A DNA stretch of 64,000 bases, from the NCBI GenBank assembly GCA_964016885.1, contig OZ024747.1:21762001-21826000 (forward strand), written 5' to 3'. The notes under the pieces are model-generated. The model saw only the letters and a program-made list of their open reading frames with translations, had not been told where the DNA came from and did no database searches. Every line of letters starts with the position of its first letter. Positions within the stretch are counted from its first letter, which is position 1. Source of the DNA: Eledone cirrhosa (lineage: Eukaryota). Shown in pieces: positions 39,520 to 52,047 of this stretch. The position numbers and the translations under genes are program-made.

Positions 39520-41127
39520 TAAAGTTATAACTAGCACCAATTCCTTCACCTATTTTGGCTCCACTTCCACCTCTTTTAAAGCTCGTCTCTATAATCAACA
39601 TTCATCTTTCAAATACAAACTTAAAAGAACCAACACGGCTCTCTCAGAACTCATATGGTCCTTGAAAGACAAAAACATTAAATATACCATCTTTTGGAAG
39701 AAGGTTTCTTCTGCATCCTCATACTTGAACAGCTCTCTATCTAAAATCTGTAATCTCTGCCTAAATGAAAAATTTACCATTATCTCTAATCTAGATTCTA
39801 TAATAAATAGACGTACAGATTTGTTTTCTATCTGCCTGCATAAATTCCATAGGACTTTTCACAAAGTATACAGTTAATATTCAATTCTTTATCAATTTAG
39901 AATCTTTTCTCAAAGGCACATATACATACACCTCTTTAAAATATACCCATCTTCCTACCTTACTTCAAAGGGCATTATACACTCTATAATACTTGTTTAC
40001 TCATTACCCTCTTTCTATCTTCACCTTGTAAAATCCTTCATAACATATACATTTGTTTTTTTGACGTTAGAATATTCATCCGCAATTACTATTATTTTTT
40101 CTCTCTATCATAAAACTTTTTAATCTCAATTTCATCCTTAATTTATTATTTTTTTCTCCCCATCAACGAACTCATTCTTAATACATATTAACTCTTTCTT
40201 CGCACATATTATCAATTCCTCCAATATACAAACTTTAACTTCACATTATTTTTCTCAAATCCTTCTACACACAAACCTTAATAATTTTTTCTCTTCGTTA
40301 ATTTTGAAATTGCCACAATACTTATCAACATACACCTTTTTGACGTTAGAATATTCATCCACAATTATTATTTTTTCTCTCAATCTTCATACATAAACTC
40401 CCTCTCTTTCCTCGTAAATATTTTTCCCTTCGTTAATTTTCAAATTCTTTTAATTTATACATTATCTTCCAACGGTTCTCAACCTCTCTATGTAAAACAA
40501 TATATCTTTTCTCAGTTATAAAAACTATCTCTTTCTCTCTATCACCCATCTCTCCCTCTCCACCTTCACTCTCATCTCCTCCCCCCTTTTTTCATCCTTT
40601 CCACCCCCCTCCCTAAATAAAATATGTTTTCCTCGTACATATCTTTCCCTTCGTTAATTTTCAAATTCTTTTAATTTATACATTATCTTCCAACGGTTTT
40701 CAACCTCTCTATGTAAAACAATATATCTTCTCTCAGTTATAAAAACTATCTCTTTCTCTCTATCACCCATCTCTCCCTCTCATCTCCTCCCCTTTTTCAT
40801 CCTTTCCACCCCCACCCCCCTCTCTAAATAAAATATTTTTCCCAATATCACACATCAATCTAAAACCACTTTTCATATGTTGATTTAAAACTGCACTATC
40901 CACAAGTGTTTTTTAGCCTTCATATCATGTTCTCCTGTTTTATCTGATGAAAACACAAATATTATTGCATGATGATGTTTGTTTTTGAAATGCGCATAAT
41001 AAAATACATGGAACTCCTTTAACCATCTTTTGATCTTATATTATGTATACTCCAGTCCTACAAACTGTAGAGTGCTTCTTATCCGATATCTGCATTGCTT
41101 TATTGTACTACAATAAAACTCACCTCC

Positions 41128-41130
<3 letters not shown>
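39520..41130 (+). mobile_element. 5'-truncated Penelope-like element: GIY-YIG endonuclease C-terminus, long AT-rich 3' UTR, terminal hammerhead, (TA)n
   Basis: Open frame KVITSTNSFTYFGSTSTSFKARLYNQHSSFK...TALSELIWSLKDKNIKYTIFWK...KICNLCLNEKFTII...NRRTDLFSICLHK* (stop at 39877) matches the Neptune/Naiad-type PLE GIY-YIG pattern (YIG, FK.R...H, LS..IW.LK, CNLC..EK, C.H). Internal ~220-bp tandem duplication at 40411-40840. Confidence 0.9.
40938..41004 (+). ncRNA. Minimal type I hammerhead ribozyme of the Penelope-like element
   Basis: ttttat-CTGATGA-[long stem II]-GAAA-tgcgca-TA-ataaaa: 6-bp stem I, palindromic stem III (atgcgcat), AUA triplet. Confidence 0.85.
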
Positions 41131-41202
<72 letters not shown>

Positions 41203-41924
41203 GCGCGCTCACACAACAATCTTCACACGCAATATTGAGAGACTGACCCTCAGAAACAAGAAAGACTCCCAATCTCTCTCTCACACACATACCCAATAAC
41301 ACCGCGATACACACAAACGCACATCTCATACACACAAACACTTATAAACAGGCGTATGCATTTAGTGAAACATGCACACAACAGGATTTGTTGTCGTGAA
41401 GTTCTTTTAGTATATCCGATACGGATATAAAATTGATCTGTTTCCATGATATGGAAACTATAATAATTAAGATTGGTTGTCCTGTCATTTAATCTGTTTT
41501 CGGCAATTACTGAGGAAATGAAACGGAGATTCTACGAGCAAACAAAGGAGAGAACCTCATCTTACCTGATAGAAATAGCAGCTAAATCTTCCGCCCCCCC
41601 CCCCCCCCCCCCCCACACACACACACATAAATCGTAGGCTGTGATTTAAGGGAAATTTGTTATTTTGGGCAGATTGAACCACTTTGTTGAGGCTCCCTCA
41701 TAAGCTTGTCACTAATGGTGTTTGGGGGGGGGGGTCTTCCCAGGTTAGCCCTGATTGAGCAAGAACATACTGTCCCAGATGTTTATATATCAACAACTAC
41801 CTTGTCCAATGTAGAGAGTAGAAATCTACCAACCATATAAAAGTACTTTCATTGTTCAATCCAACGAATTACAGCAGTTTACATTGAAGAGTCAGTAAAG
41901 AATTCATCTACGAACTAATAAACC

Positions 41925-42120
41925 CAGACCTGCCAACCTCTAAAAACCCAAACGGAGAGTACCACGAAAAAAGGTGCCCCAAAAACGGGGAGAAATGAGG
42001 CAAAATGGAGAGATTTTACATAATGAAAGCTATACCCTTTTTCACAAGAGAAGACATCTCTCATCCACCCCAAAGTGTGTGGGACACCTCCACGACGGAC
42101 GGCAAGAGTTGACATATTTG
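41925..42120. mobile_element. Possible degenerate hAT-like MITE
   Basis: Ends cagacctgccaac / gttgacatatttg; taaacc on both flanks. Confidence 0.4.
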
Positions 42121-42669
42121 TAAACCACCACTATAACTCTGAGTTGTTCCTCCAACCTTGCAATACCTAGGTGTTGAAAATAATTAGCCAAAGAGAATAT
42201 ATGATCCACGCTAACTATATATTGTATTTTTTTTGGTGTATAAGGTATAATCTTTTACCCAAAAGTTTCATGTCACAATCTTCTTGCATTCTATTCATCG
42301 AATAAATACATCAGGCATTACAACGACCCTTTTCCAAACTTTTTATTTAACTCCAAAATAAGGATGTCTTATACAACAGCATATATTATATTCCCCCCAA
42401 ATATGATAGCTAGTTGTACACTATCCAATACACTCAACCATCAACACTCTCTGTCATAAATAAATAGCCATCACAAATAAAGTCCTAGTGATGAATCATC
42501 ACTCATTATATTGACTTTGCCTTTCTTCCTTACGGGGTCGATAAAATAAAGTACCAGTAATGAACTGAATAATTGCTGGCCTTGTGCCTAAAGTAGAAAC
42601 AATTATATAAATAGTAATGCTCAACTCATTCAGGCAATAAGGTTGGGGTGGGCTATTAAGAGATATGTA

Positions 42670-42714
<45 letters not shown>

Positions 42715-42919
42715 TGTATAATTTTGTACATAGATCTTTTGAATATGCATACCTATTCTAACACATATATGTCCTAGAAACGATCGTAAAATAATGAACT
42801 TTTTTTTGTTTAATATAAGGAACTGTTTCTTTGTTTATTCATTATTTTTTTAATAATTTATATATATATATATATATATAATATATAAGATCAAAAGATG
42901 GTTAAATGAGTTCCATGTA

Positions 42920-42986
42920 TTTTATTATGCGCATTTCAAAAACAAATATCATCATGCAATAACATTTGTGTTTTCATCAGATAAAA
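42920..42986 (-). ncRNA. Hammerhead ribozyme in an inverted solo copy (42884-43047) of the Penelope 3' end
   Basis: Reverse complement of ~40875-41040 with several substitutions; core intact; (TA)n on both sides. Confidence 0.85.
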
Positions 42987-43040
42987 TAGGAAGACATGAT
43001 ATGAAGGTTAAAAACACTTGTGGATAGTGCAGTTTTAAAT

Positions 43041-43104
<64 letters not shown>

Positions 43105-43192
43105 AATATTTGCTCTACAGTTCTTATATATTTGATATTTATTTATCCTTATCGAGCCCTCTTTGGATTTTAGTCTTCAAATTTATTATTAT

Positions 43193-43236
<44 letters not shown>

Positions 43237-43275
43237 GGAAAAAATGAAACGTTCAACAATCTGGCAGGAAGGTAT

Positions 43276-43318
43276 ACGTTGCTGACGATAGCTAACAAGC
43301 TTGAAACTAGTACAGCGT
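43276..43318 (+). ncRNA. Minimal type I hammerhead ribozyme in a short element (43232-43437) between TA tracts
   Basis: acgttg-CTGACGA-t agct aaca agct t-GAAAC-ta-GTA-cagcgt; palindromic actagt stem III; stem I extends to gttcaaca/tgttgaac. Confidence 0.88.
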
Positions 43319-43494
43319 TCCTTTGTCAGTGTTGAACAAACGAGCAACGGTGGTTGCTAGGCACTGCGGCTTTATACGGGATGTTTGTTTACAAACACAC
43401 CGAGCATTATAATAAATGTTCGGTGAATCCATGCGTACATATATATATGTGTGTGCATGTATGTATATATATATACATACTGCTGTACGTCTGT

Positions 43495-43525
<31 letters not shown>

Positions 43526-43721
43526 AGGATAGCCACTAGAACTGATGTGTTAGTCACGTTCTACAACAGCATAAATTGAATGGAAACTATAAATAAAAGG
43601 TGTAGTGTTGGTGTAGTGTGCGGGTGAAATAATCACTAATAATTCAAGTGGTAGTCGTTGGTCAGTGAAGAAAGTATTTGTTTACATAAGTTGTTTTGTT
43701 TTTGTTTATATATAATACAAT

Positions 43722-45665
43722 AAAATGCACCCAGCCCACTCTGTAAAGTGGTAATGTTGGTGTCTTGATAAAATGCACCCAGCCCACTCTGTAAAGGGGT
43801 AATGTTGGTGTCTTGATAAAATGCACCCAGCCCACTCTGTAAAGTGGTAATGTTGGTGTCTTGATAAAATGAACCCAGCCCACTCTGTAAAGTGGTAATG
43901 TTGGTGTCTTGATAAAATGCACCCAGCCCACTCTGTAAAGTGGTAATGTTGGTGTCTTGATAAAATGCACCCAGCCCACTCTGTAAAGTGGTAATGTTGG
44001 TGTCTTGATAAAATGCACCCAGCCCACTCTGTAAAGTGGTAATGTTGGTGTCTTGATAAAATGCACCCAGCCCACTCTGTAAAGTGGTAATGTTGGTGTC
44101 TTGATAAAATGAACCCAGCCCACTCTGTAAAGTGGTAATGTTGGTGTCTTGATAAAATGCACCCAGCCCACTCTGTAAAGTGGTAATGTTGGTGTCTTGA
44201 TAAAATGCACCCAGCCCACTCTGTAAAGTGGTAATGTTGGTGTCTTGATAAAATGCACCCAGCCCACTCTGTAAAGTGGTAATGTTGGTGTCTTGATAAA
44301 ATGCACCCAGCCCACTCTGTAAAGTGGTAATGTTGGTGTCTTGATAAAATGAACCCAGCCCACTCTGTAAAGTGGTAATGTTGGTGTCTTGATAAAATGC
44401 ACCCAGCCCACTCTGTAAAGTGGTAATGTTGGTGTCTTGATAAAATGAACCCAGCCCACTCTGTAAAGTGGTAATGTTGGTGTCTTGATAAAATGAACCC
44501 AGCCCACTCTGTAAAGTGGTAATGTTGGTGTCTTGATAAAATGAACCCAGCCCACTCTGTAAAGTGGTAATGTTGGTGTCTTGATAAAATGCACCCAGCC
44601 CACTCTGTAAAGTGGTAATGTTGGTGTCTTGATAAAATGAACCCAGCCCACTCTGTAAAGTGGTAATGTTGGTGTCTTGATAAAATGCACCCAGCCCACT
44701 CTGTAAAGTGGTAATGTTGGTGTCTTGATAAAATGAACCCAGCCCACTCTGTAAAGTGGTAATGTTGGTGTCTTGATAAAATGAACCCAGCCCACTCTGT
44801 AAAGTGGTAATGTTGGTGTCTTGATAAAATGCACCCAGCCCACTCTGTAAAGTGGTAATGTTGGTGTCTTGATAAAATGCACCCAGCCCACTCTGTAAAG
44901 TGGTAATGTTGGTGTCTTGATAAAATGAACCCAGCCCACTCTGTAAAGTGGTAATGTTGGTGTCTTGATAAAATGAACCCAGCCCACTCTGTAAAGTGGT
45001 AATGTTGGTGTCTTGATAAAATGCACCCAGCCCACTCTGTAAAGTGGTAATGTTGGTGTCTTGATAAAATGCACCCAGCCCACTCTGTAAAGTGGTAATG
45101 TTGGTGTCTTGATAAAATGAACCCAGCCCACTCTGTAAAGTGGTAATGTTGGTGTCTTGATAAAATGCACCCAGCCCACTCTGTAAAGTGGTAATGTTGG
45201 TGTCTTGATAAAATGCACCCAGCCCACTCTGTAAAGTGGTAATGTTGGTGTCTTGATAAAATGAACCCAGCCCACTCTGTAAAGTGGTAATGTTGGTGTC
45301 TTGATAAAATGAACCCAGCCCACTCTGTAAAGTGGTAATGTTGGTGTCTTGATAAAATGCACCCAGCCCACTCTGTAAAGTGGTAATGTTGGTGTCTTGA
45401 TAAAATGCACCCAGCCCACTCTGTAAAGTGGTAATGTTGGTGTCTTGATAAAATGAACCCAGCCCACTCTGTAAAGTGGTAATGTTGGTGTCTTGATAAA
45501 ATGCACCCAGCCCACTCTGTAAAGTGGTAATGTTGGTGTCTTGATAAAATGAACCCAGCCCACTCTGTAAAGTGGTAATGTTGGTGTCTTGATAAAATGA
45601 ACCCAGCCCACTCTGTAAAGTGGTAATGTTGGTGTCTTGATAAAATGCACCCAGCTCACTCTGTA
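43722..45665. repeat. 48-bp minisatellite, about 40 near-identical copies
   Basis: Unit aaaatg(c/a)acccagcccactctgtaaagtggtaatgttggtgtcttgat; diverged monomers continue to ~45860. Confidence 0.97.
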
Positions 45666-46265
45666 AAATGATAGTGTTGGTGTTCACAATACAACACACT
45701 CTGTCTAAACATTAAAGTGGTAGTGTTAGTGTTATGGTAAAATGCACCAAGCTTACTCTGTAAAGTGGTAGTGTTGGAACCACAAAATGCACTCAACCCA
45801 TACAGTAAAATGGCAGTAAAATGTCAGAATAAAATGTATCCAGCCCTTATATAGTGTTGGTAGGGAGGGGGACACCATTATCTTAAGTACTTAGGGTCTC
45901 ATTTTCATCCAGCCAATTCTGCATTTTAGGTCCTGTTATAAGCATCTTGTAAAACTTCACGTATCGGGCGATTCTATTTCTTCTTGTGGTCATTTTTAAA
46001 AGTATTGCTGAAATATTTAGCCCATCTTTCCTAAAGTAGTACAATATGTTCGAACAGTCCAATAGATAATACATTTTAAGTTCAACATTACGTTGTCACT
46101 ATCATTCAAACCCCAGGCTGGAACTATATTTTTCCAACTCAGAAAGTACGGAAGATAAACATGACCTCGACGCAATTTGAACTCAGAACAAGCAAAGCAT
46201 TTTGTCTAATGCTCTAATGATCATGCCAATCCACTGCACTAAACTACGTATCAATAATTACTTAA

Positions 46266-46494
46266 CTCTTTCATTACCATATTTTTAATGAAACGTCTAT
46301 ATGTTTCAATTAATTTTGAAAATAATCAAAATTTTAATAGAATAATTAAGTTTTTCATTAGTAAACTGATATTTAACAAAACTTTCTAAAATAAAATCAT
46401 AATGAAAGGTTTTAATGTAAAAATAAATATTTTAAAATGAGCTGTTTTGTGTCATATATCCAGGGCGGTTTCACGCGGTTTGATATCAAAAGGG
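46266..46494. mobile_element. Second piggyBac-like MITE family
   Basis: TTAA|ctctttcattacc ... gatatcaaaaggg|TTAA; related to ~2125-2420. Confidence 0.55.
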
Positions 46495-46844
46495 TTAACC
46501 AAGAGGCACAGAGTGAAAAATGATCGTGAGATACAATCGGTTTCACCCACACAACCATCAGTATGTTACTGGGACTTATTTTTTTTATTCAGGATCGATA
46601 ACAAAACCAAGACCATAGTAGCGTTTGCATTTTCAATGGTGCATCAATAGATTTACGTTTATTGCCTATTCCGAAACTCCACATTAGAAAGTTCCAAAGC
46701 CTTCTACCCACCACAAGCACCAAAGCCTTACGACAGGCCTGGTTCGTAACCAAGACGCTTACGACAGGCATTATTCGGAACCAAGACAAAACAAAATACG
46801 ATAGCGTATTTAGTCGTTACTATCTGCGTCGTTCTCGTTTAGGT

Positions 46845-47856
46845 AATAATTGTTTCTACTTTAGGCACAAGGCCAGCAATTACCCCAGTGCATTACTAGT
46901 GCCCTATTTTATCGACCCCGTAAGGATGAAAGGCAAAGTTTTAACCTCAGCGGGATTTGAACTCAGAACGTAAAAGGCCATAACTCTATGCTGCAAAGCA
47001 TGGTGTCTGACCCTCTACCGATACTGCCAATCAAAATAATTGTTTCTACTTTAGGCACAAGGCCAGCAATTACCCAGTGCATTATTGGTACTTTATTTTA
47101 TCGACCCCGTAAGGATGAAAGGCAAAGTCAACCTCGGCGGGATTTGAACTCAGATCGCAAAGGGACATAACTATGCTGGAAAGCATGGCGTCCGACCCTC
47201 TACCGATACTGCCAATCAAAATAATGGTTTCTAACATAGACACAACAACAGATTTGGGGTGGGGGGAGGGTAGATTACCTCGGCCAAGTACTTCACTAGT
47301 ATTTTATTTTATAGACCACGAAAGAATGAGAGGTAAAGTTAACCTCGGCGGAATTTGAACTCAGAACGTAAAAAGCCGGAACAAATACTGCTACGCATTT
47401 GTCCGATGCTCTATTATCTCTGTCAATCCTCCGCTGTTGTTTACGTAATAATATTGATTTCTACTTTAGGCACAAGGCCAGCAATTTGGAGAGTGGGGAA
47501 AGTCGATTAAATCGACTACAGTGCATTACTGGTGCTTTGTTTCATCGATCCCGTAAGGATGAAAGGCAAAGTTAACCTCAGCGGGATTTGAACTCGGAAC
47601 GTAAAGGGCCATAATTCTATGTTGCAAAGCATGGCGTCTGAAGCTCTACCGATACTGCCAATCCTAATAATAATTGTTTCTACTTTAGGCACAAGGCCAG
47701 CAATTACCCAGTGCGTTACTGGTACTTTATTTCATCGACCCCGTAAGGATGAAAGGCAAAGTCAACCTCGGCGGGATTTGAACTCAGATCGTAAAGGGAC
47801 GTAACTATGCTGGAAAGCATGGCGTCCGACCCTCTACCGATACTGCCAATCCACCA
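46845..47856 (-). mobile_element. Head-to-tail cluster of five tRNA-derived SINEs
   Basis: Copies at ~46845-47030, 47035-47216, 47220-47433, 47455-47663 and 47670-47856, each with a B box and core. Confidence 0.92.
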
Positions 47857-49214
47857 ATAATAATAAAACCAAGTGTGGCAAAGAAAAAAAAAAAAAAAAA
47901 AAAGAAAGGCCAACGACCTCTGCTGTTATAGTTATTGGTGGTCGTACTGTTGTATAGTGAGATTACTTAGTGTCCATCAAATATTCGTTACTCAAAGCCA
48001 AACAACTGACTGTATCAGCTGTAACCGAACTCTACTGTGAATCTGTCACTGGATGAGGTGACAACATTAATGAGGTGTTTACAATTGAGAGGTGGAGGGT
48101 GAAGAAGAGACATTGTGTGCATGAGAGAAAGAAACTAAACACACATTGTGTGAATGTGAAAGAGAGAGACATGCAGAAAGAAAGAGAGAGAGAGAGATTG
48201 AAAGACAGCCAGAGATAGAGAGAGACTAAACATACACTACCAACCCAGTTTCTACCTTTGACGACGTTGGTTAAAAGACATTTTATAATGAACACGACTC
48301 TATAAAATCACAATTAAAAGTAACAGAGTTGTATCATAAAGAAAGTTAAATAAATAATATTTAACACACTAAAACAAATGTCAGATAGATAACAATGTGA
48401 GGTTGATAATGTAGATTTCAGACACAAGGCCTATATATATATATATATATATATATTCGTGGTGGGGGAAATCGATTAAATCGACCCCAGTACTTCACTA
48501 CTAGTTTATTTTATCGAACCTGGACAGATGAAAAGTAACGCTGACTTTGTGGGATTTGAAACTAGAACGCAGAAAGCCGTAACGAAATACTGCAATGCAT
48601 TTTATCCGACGCACTAACAATTCTGCTAATCCACTGTCCATGGCGTATTGCTAATAATGATGGTGATTTTTCTACAACTGATACACGGTTATGAAATTAA
48701 ATAAAAACGAGGTATAGTCAGTTACGTTGAATTCGATTTTTAATATATTGCTCGTACTGATTTTGTCGGCTCGAGCCAAGGAGGGGTTTGAAAGGTAAAG
48801 GAAATTACAGAGGAATTTGAACTCAGAAGAAGCCCATAGCCTAGTTACTCTAGGTGAGAACTGTTAGTTTGTATGACACCACCAGTTTACAGGAAATCCA
48901 TTATAGAAACAGCACAAAACGCACGAAAAGTGTGCTACAAATCTTGCGTACGTATATGTGTATGCGTGTGACGGAGCTGTTCCGTTGATCAAATACTTGG
49001 AACACTCGTCGTCGTCGGAATCAACGGAAGTCCAAAGTAAATGCGTATATATATATATATCTTGTTTCTGGCATTGGACTGCAGATATGCTGGAGCACTG
49101 CCTTGAAAAGATTTAGTCAATATGATCAACTAAAGTACTTATTTTATCGATCTCTTTTTGTCCAACTACTATGTTATGGGACATAAAGACACAAACGTAC
49201 ATAGATTTATATAT

Positions 49215-50165
49215 ATCATCATCATCATCATTATCATCGTTTTTACGTTCGCTTTTCCACGTTTGCATGAGGTGGACAGGTCCTTCTCAGCATGGCATCT
49301 TTCCACACTCGCCATCCTTTGTCATCACCTCTGTGAGTCTCAGTGATTTGAAGTCAGCTCTCACAACCTTGGCCCAGGTCTTTCTTGGTTTACCTCTACC
49401 ACAACTTCCTTCACTGGAGTTTTCTGGCACTTCTTCACCCAATGACCATTGCACATCAAATGCTCAAACCAACGCAGTCTTCTCTCCTACACACTACCTC
49501 AAATTCCTTAAACCCCACTTCATCAACTCATACAATTTCTGTCTCTTTCTCACTTACATTGCACATCCAATGGAGCATGGTTGCTTCATTTCTCTCAAGT
49601 CTACACATGTCCTCCAGTCACAGCCCACTTCGCACACAGGCATCATAGTCTTCCTTTTGTATGTCAAGAGAGAAATATTTTGCAGTTAACAGTGGAGTAG
49701 CTCTCTAAACGTTTTCCATCCTATCCTTATCCTAGCTATTATGCTCTCAGAGCACCTCCTCCATTGCTAATTACATTTCCTAGATAGCAGAAGCTATCAA
49801 CTACTTCTATGGGTCCTTCCTGTGACCAGAATAGGCTTACATTACTGATTATCTTCTTCTCGGTTACCTCCTATACATCCTTTACAAACAAAGTCTTCCC
49901 TTCCTGTTAGCTTACTCATTATCCCACTACATATTTTGTGTACCCTTGTGTACCCAAGATTTACATTGTGCACATCATATGGAGTTTATGCCTATGCCTT
50001 TTCAACATACTGAGCAGGGCCACTTCCCTGAAGGAATCAGGGTCCTATCTTCTCTCCTACTTCTACTCACTAATACTTTAGTTTATACTAAGACTAAGTT
50101 TACTCTTAGGCCTTTTCATTCTAGATTTTGTTTCCATAATCAGAACTTATTTTCTAAGTCTTTAA
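49215..50165 (-). mobile_element. Older degenerate RTE-clade LINE fragment
   Basis: Homologous to 34583-35121 and extends further 5' (EVVDSFCYLG...GGAL...RIRIGWK); many indels. Confidence 0.8.
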
Positions 50166-50169
50166 GGGA

Positions 50170-50960
50170 TTATCCAAAGGATCTCTCTCCCAGAAACACA
50201 CACAAAAAAAATGACCAATTCACTGAGAAGATTGTATACGTGTACTCGAGATGAAAAACAGACCATAGAGGAAATAAACAACACTATAAGCCTGACATGG
50301 AGTGCCAATAAATTCATAACATCCCACCTTGAAGGACATTTTCATGCAATCTAGGAACAAGAAATCCCTGCCAAGTACTTACTGCACAAAAAAGAAAAAA
50401 AATCATCAGCTGACAATAAATGCAGATTGTGCAAAACAAAGGCCAAAGATGGTAGCCACATTATTACCAACTGTGAGAGAATGTCCTCTCGTTACTACTT
50501 TCCCATGAGATATGATGTGGTAGCCAGAACAATCTGGAATGCACGACAGAAGACGAAAATAAGAGCAAATAGGGATGAATATATTGAGACTGGTGACTTA
50601 AAGGAATATTGGTGGAACCTAAACTGCTACTAAATTAAAGCACAACTACCCTGATGTTTGGGACCACAAATTGAAAACCTGCTCTGTTGTAGAAGTCAGT
50701 TGCCCACTCGATGTTAACATAGTAAGGGAGGTGCATGTGAAAGAGGATATCGACAAACTATTGAAGAGGAGTTTGCAGATCCAGTAGCCAAAATAGATGT
50801 TCAGTTTCATACCTATTATTATTAGAGCTACGTGATATATAGCAACTCACCTAGACCAAAGTATGACTAAACATGGATTTGTGGAGCTAGAACACAGTCC
50901 CTCAATTTAGAAGCTACAAAGGGCTACAATATTTGGAGCTGTAAAACTAACAGAAGTGTC
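50170..50960 (+). mobile_element. R4/Dong-like RLE retrotransposon fossil (CCHC + endonuclease)
   Basis: EGHFHAI*EQEIPAKYL...DNKCRLCK...HIITNCERMSSRYYFPMRYDVVA...YWWNL...HNYPD...VVEVSCPLDVNI. Confidence 0.75.
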
Positions 50961-51084
50961 AAAGGATGAATGATTGCAGAAGGATGACAGAAATGTCTTT
51001 ACAACCTTGCACTGGGAAGTTGGCCAGTCAAAATAAACTTGAAATTAAGGAAAAGACACACATATTCATGCATATACACGTGTT

Positions 51085-51115
<31 letters not shown>

Positions 51116-51172
51116 ATATATATATATCGTTTCTGAATTTGTTTAGCAAGATTCTTTAGAAAAGAATCCCCA

Positions 51173-51213
51173 GTCACTGAAGAGGTCACAATGTGTGACG
51201 GAAGAACTTTGAC
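51173..51213 (+). ncRNA. Degenerate hammerhead-like motif
   Basis: gtca-CTGAAGA-g gtcac aatgt gtgac-ggaagaactt-tgac: stems I and II intact, GAAA strand altered; lies in a short element between TA tracts. Confidence 0.5.
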
Positions 51214-51627
51214 AATATATGAACAATCGTCTGGTTGTGGAACCAACCAACCAACCGGAAATTTATAAATTCCTAAATTTATAATAAATTGAAGTGAAAG
51301 CAACTGGTGCATGTGTTTCTTATTGGCAACATGACCCTCCCAAAGTATAACAATATATATATATATATATATATATAAATATATATAGTGGTAAAAAAAC
51401 GGGATGTTATATCCATAGTAGTTAGAGCACTCAGTCTAAAAGACGAATTCGGTATAGAGTTAGTTCCCTAAGAAATTAGCAAACCATACTCGGCTCGCAT
51501 TTCATTGAACAGATTTTCAACCCGTGTATGGCTGCGGTGAGAACGAAAGGATATATACTTCCATTTCACCGCAGCCATACATGAGTAGAAAATCTGGTCT
51601 CTCTCTCTCTATATATATATATATATC

Positions 51628-51948
51628 ATGAAAACCCCTTTCGGTCATGAATGACCATGTGATTTGGCACCAAGAAAGTTTCTCTCCGAAGCACAAGTCT
51701 GGGCAAGGTTGTTTGTGGAAGACCAGCAGTCTCCACTCTCCGTGCCACCAATGATGTCCAAAGGAAAGGCAATGGCCGATACAGCTTGGCACCAGTGACG
51801 TTGCAACTCATTTCTACAGCTGACTAAACTGGTGCAACGTGAAATAAAGTGTCTTGCTCAAGGACACAACGCATCACCCAGTCCGAGAATCAAACTCACA
51901 ATCTTTTGATTGCAAGCCCAATGCCCTAACCACTGAGCCATGCGCCTT

Positions 51949-51950
<2 letters not shown>
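51628..51950 (-). mobile_element. Full-length second-family tRNA-derived SINE (CORE-like)
   Basis: A box TGGCTCAGTGG, B-box-like GAGTTTGATTCTC, core gttgtgtccttgagcaagacactttatttcac. Confidence 0.8.
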
Positions 51951-51981
<31 letters not shown>

Positions 51982-52047
51982 CGTCCCACCCTTGCAAGCA
52001 GGGAAAAGCGGACGTAAAATGAAATGATGATGAATGATGATGATATA

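Noticed and set aside
43636-45699. 687-aa and 665-aa repeat proteins
   Set aside because: Translations of a 48-bp SINE-derived minisatellite; no unique coding flanks or splice context.
47995-48030. Short hairpin (acaactga/tcagctgt) as a possible miRNA
   Set aside because: The stem is too short for a pre-miRNA and I recognise no mature sequence.
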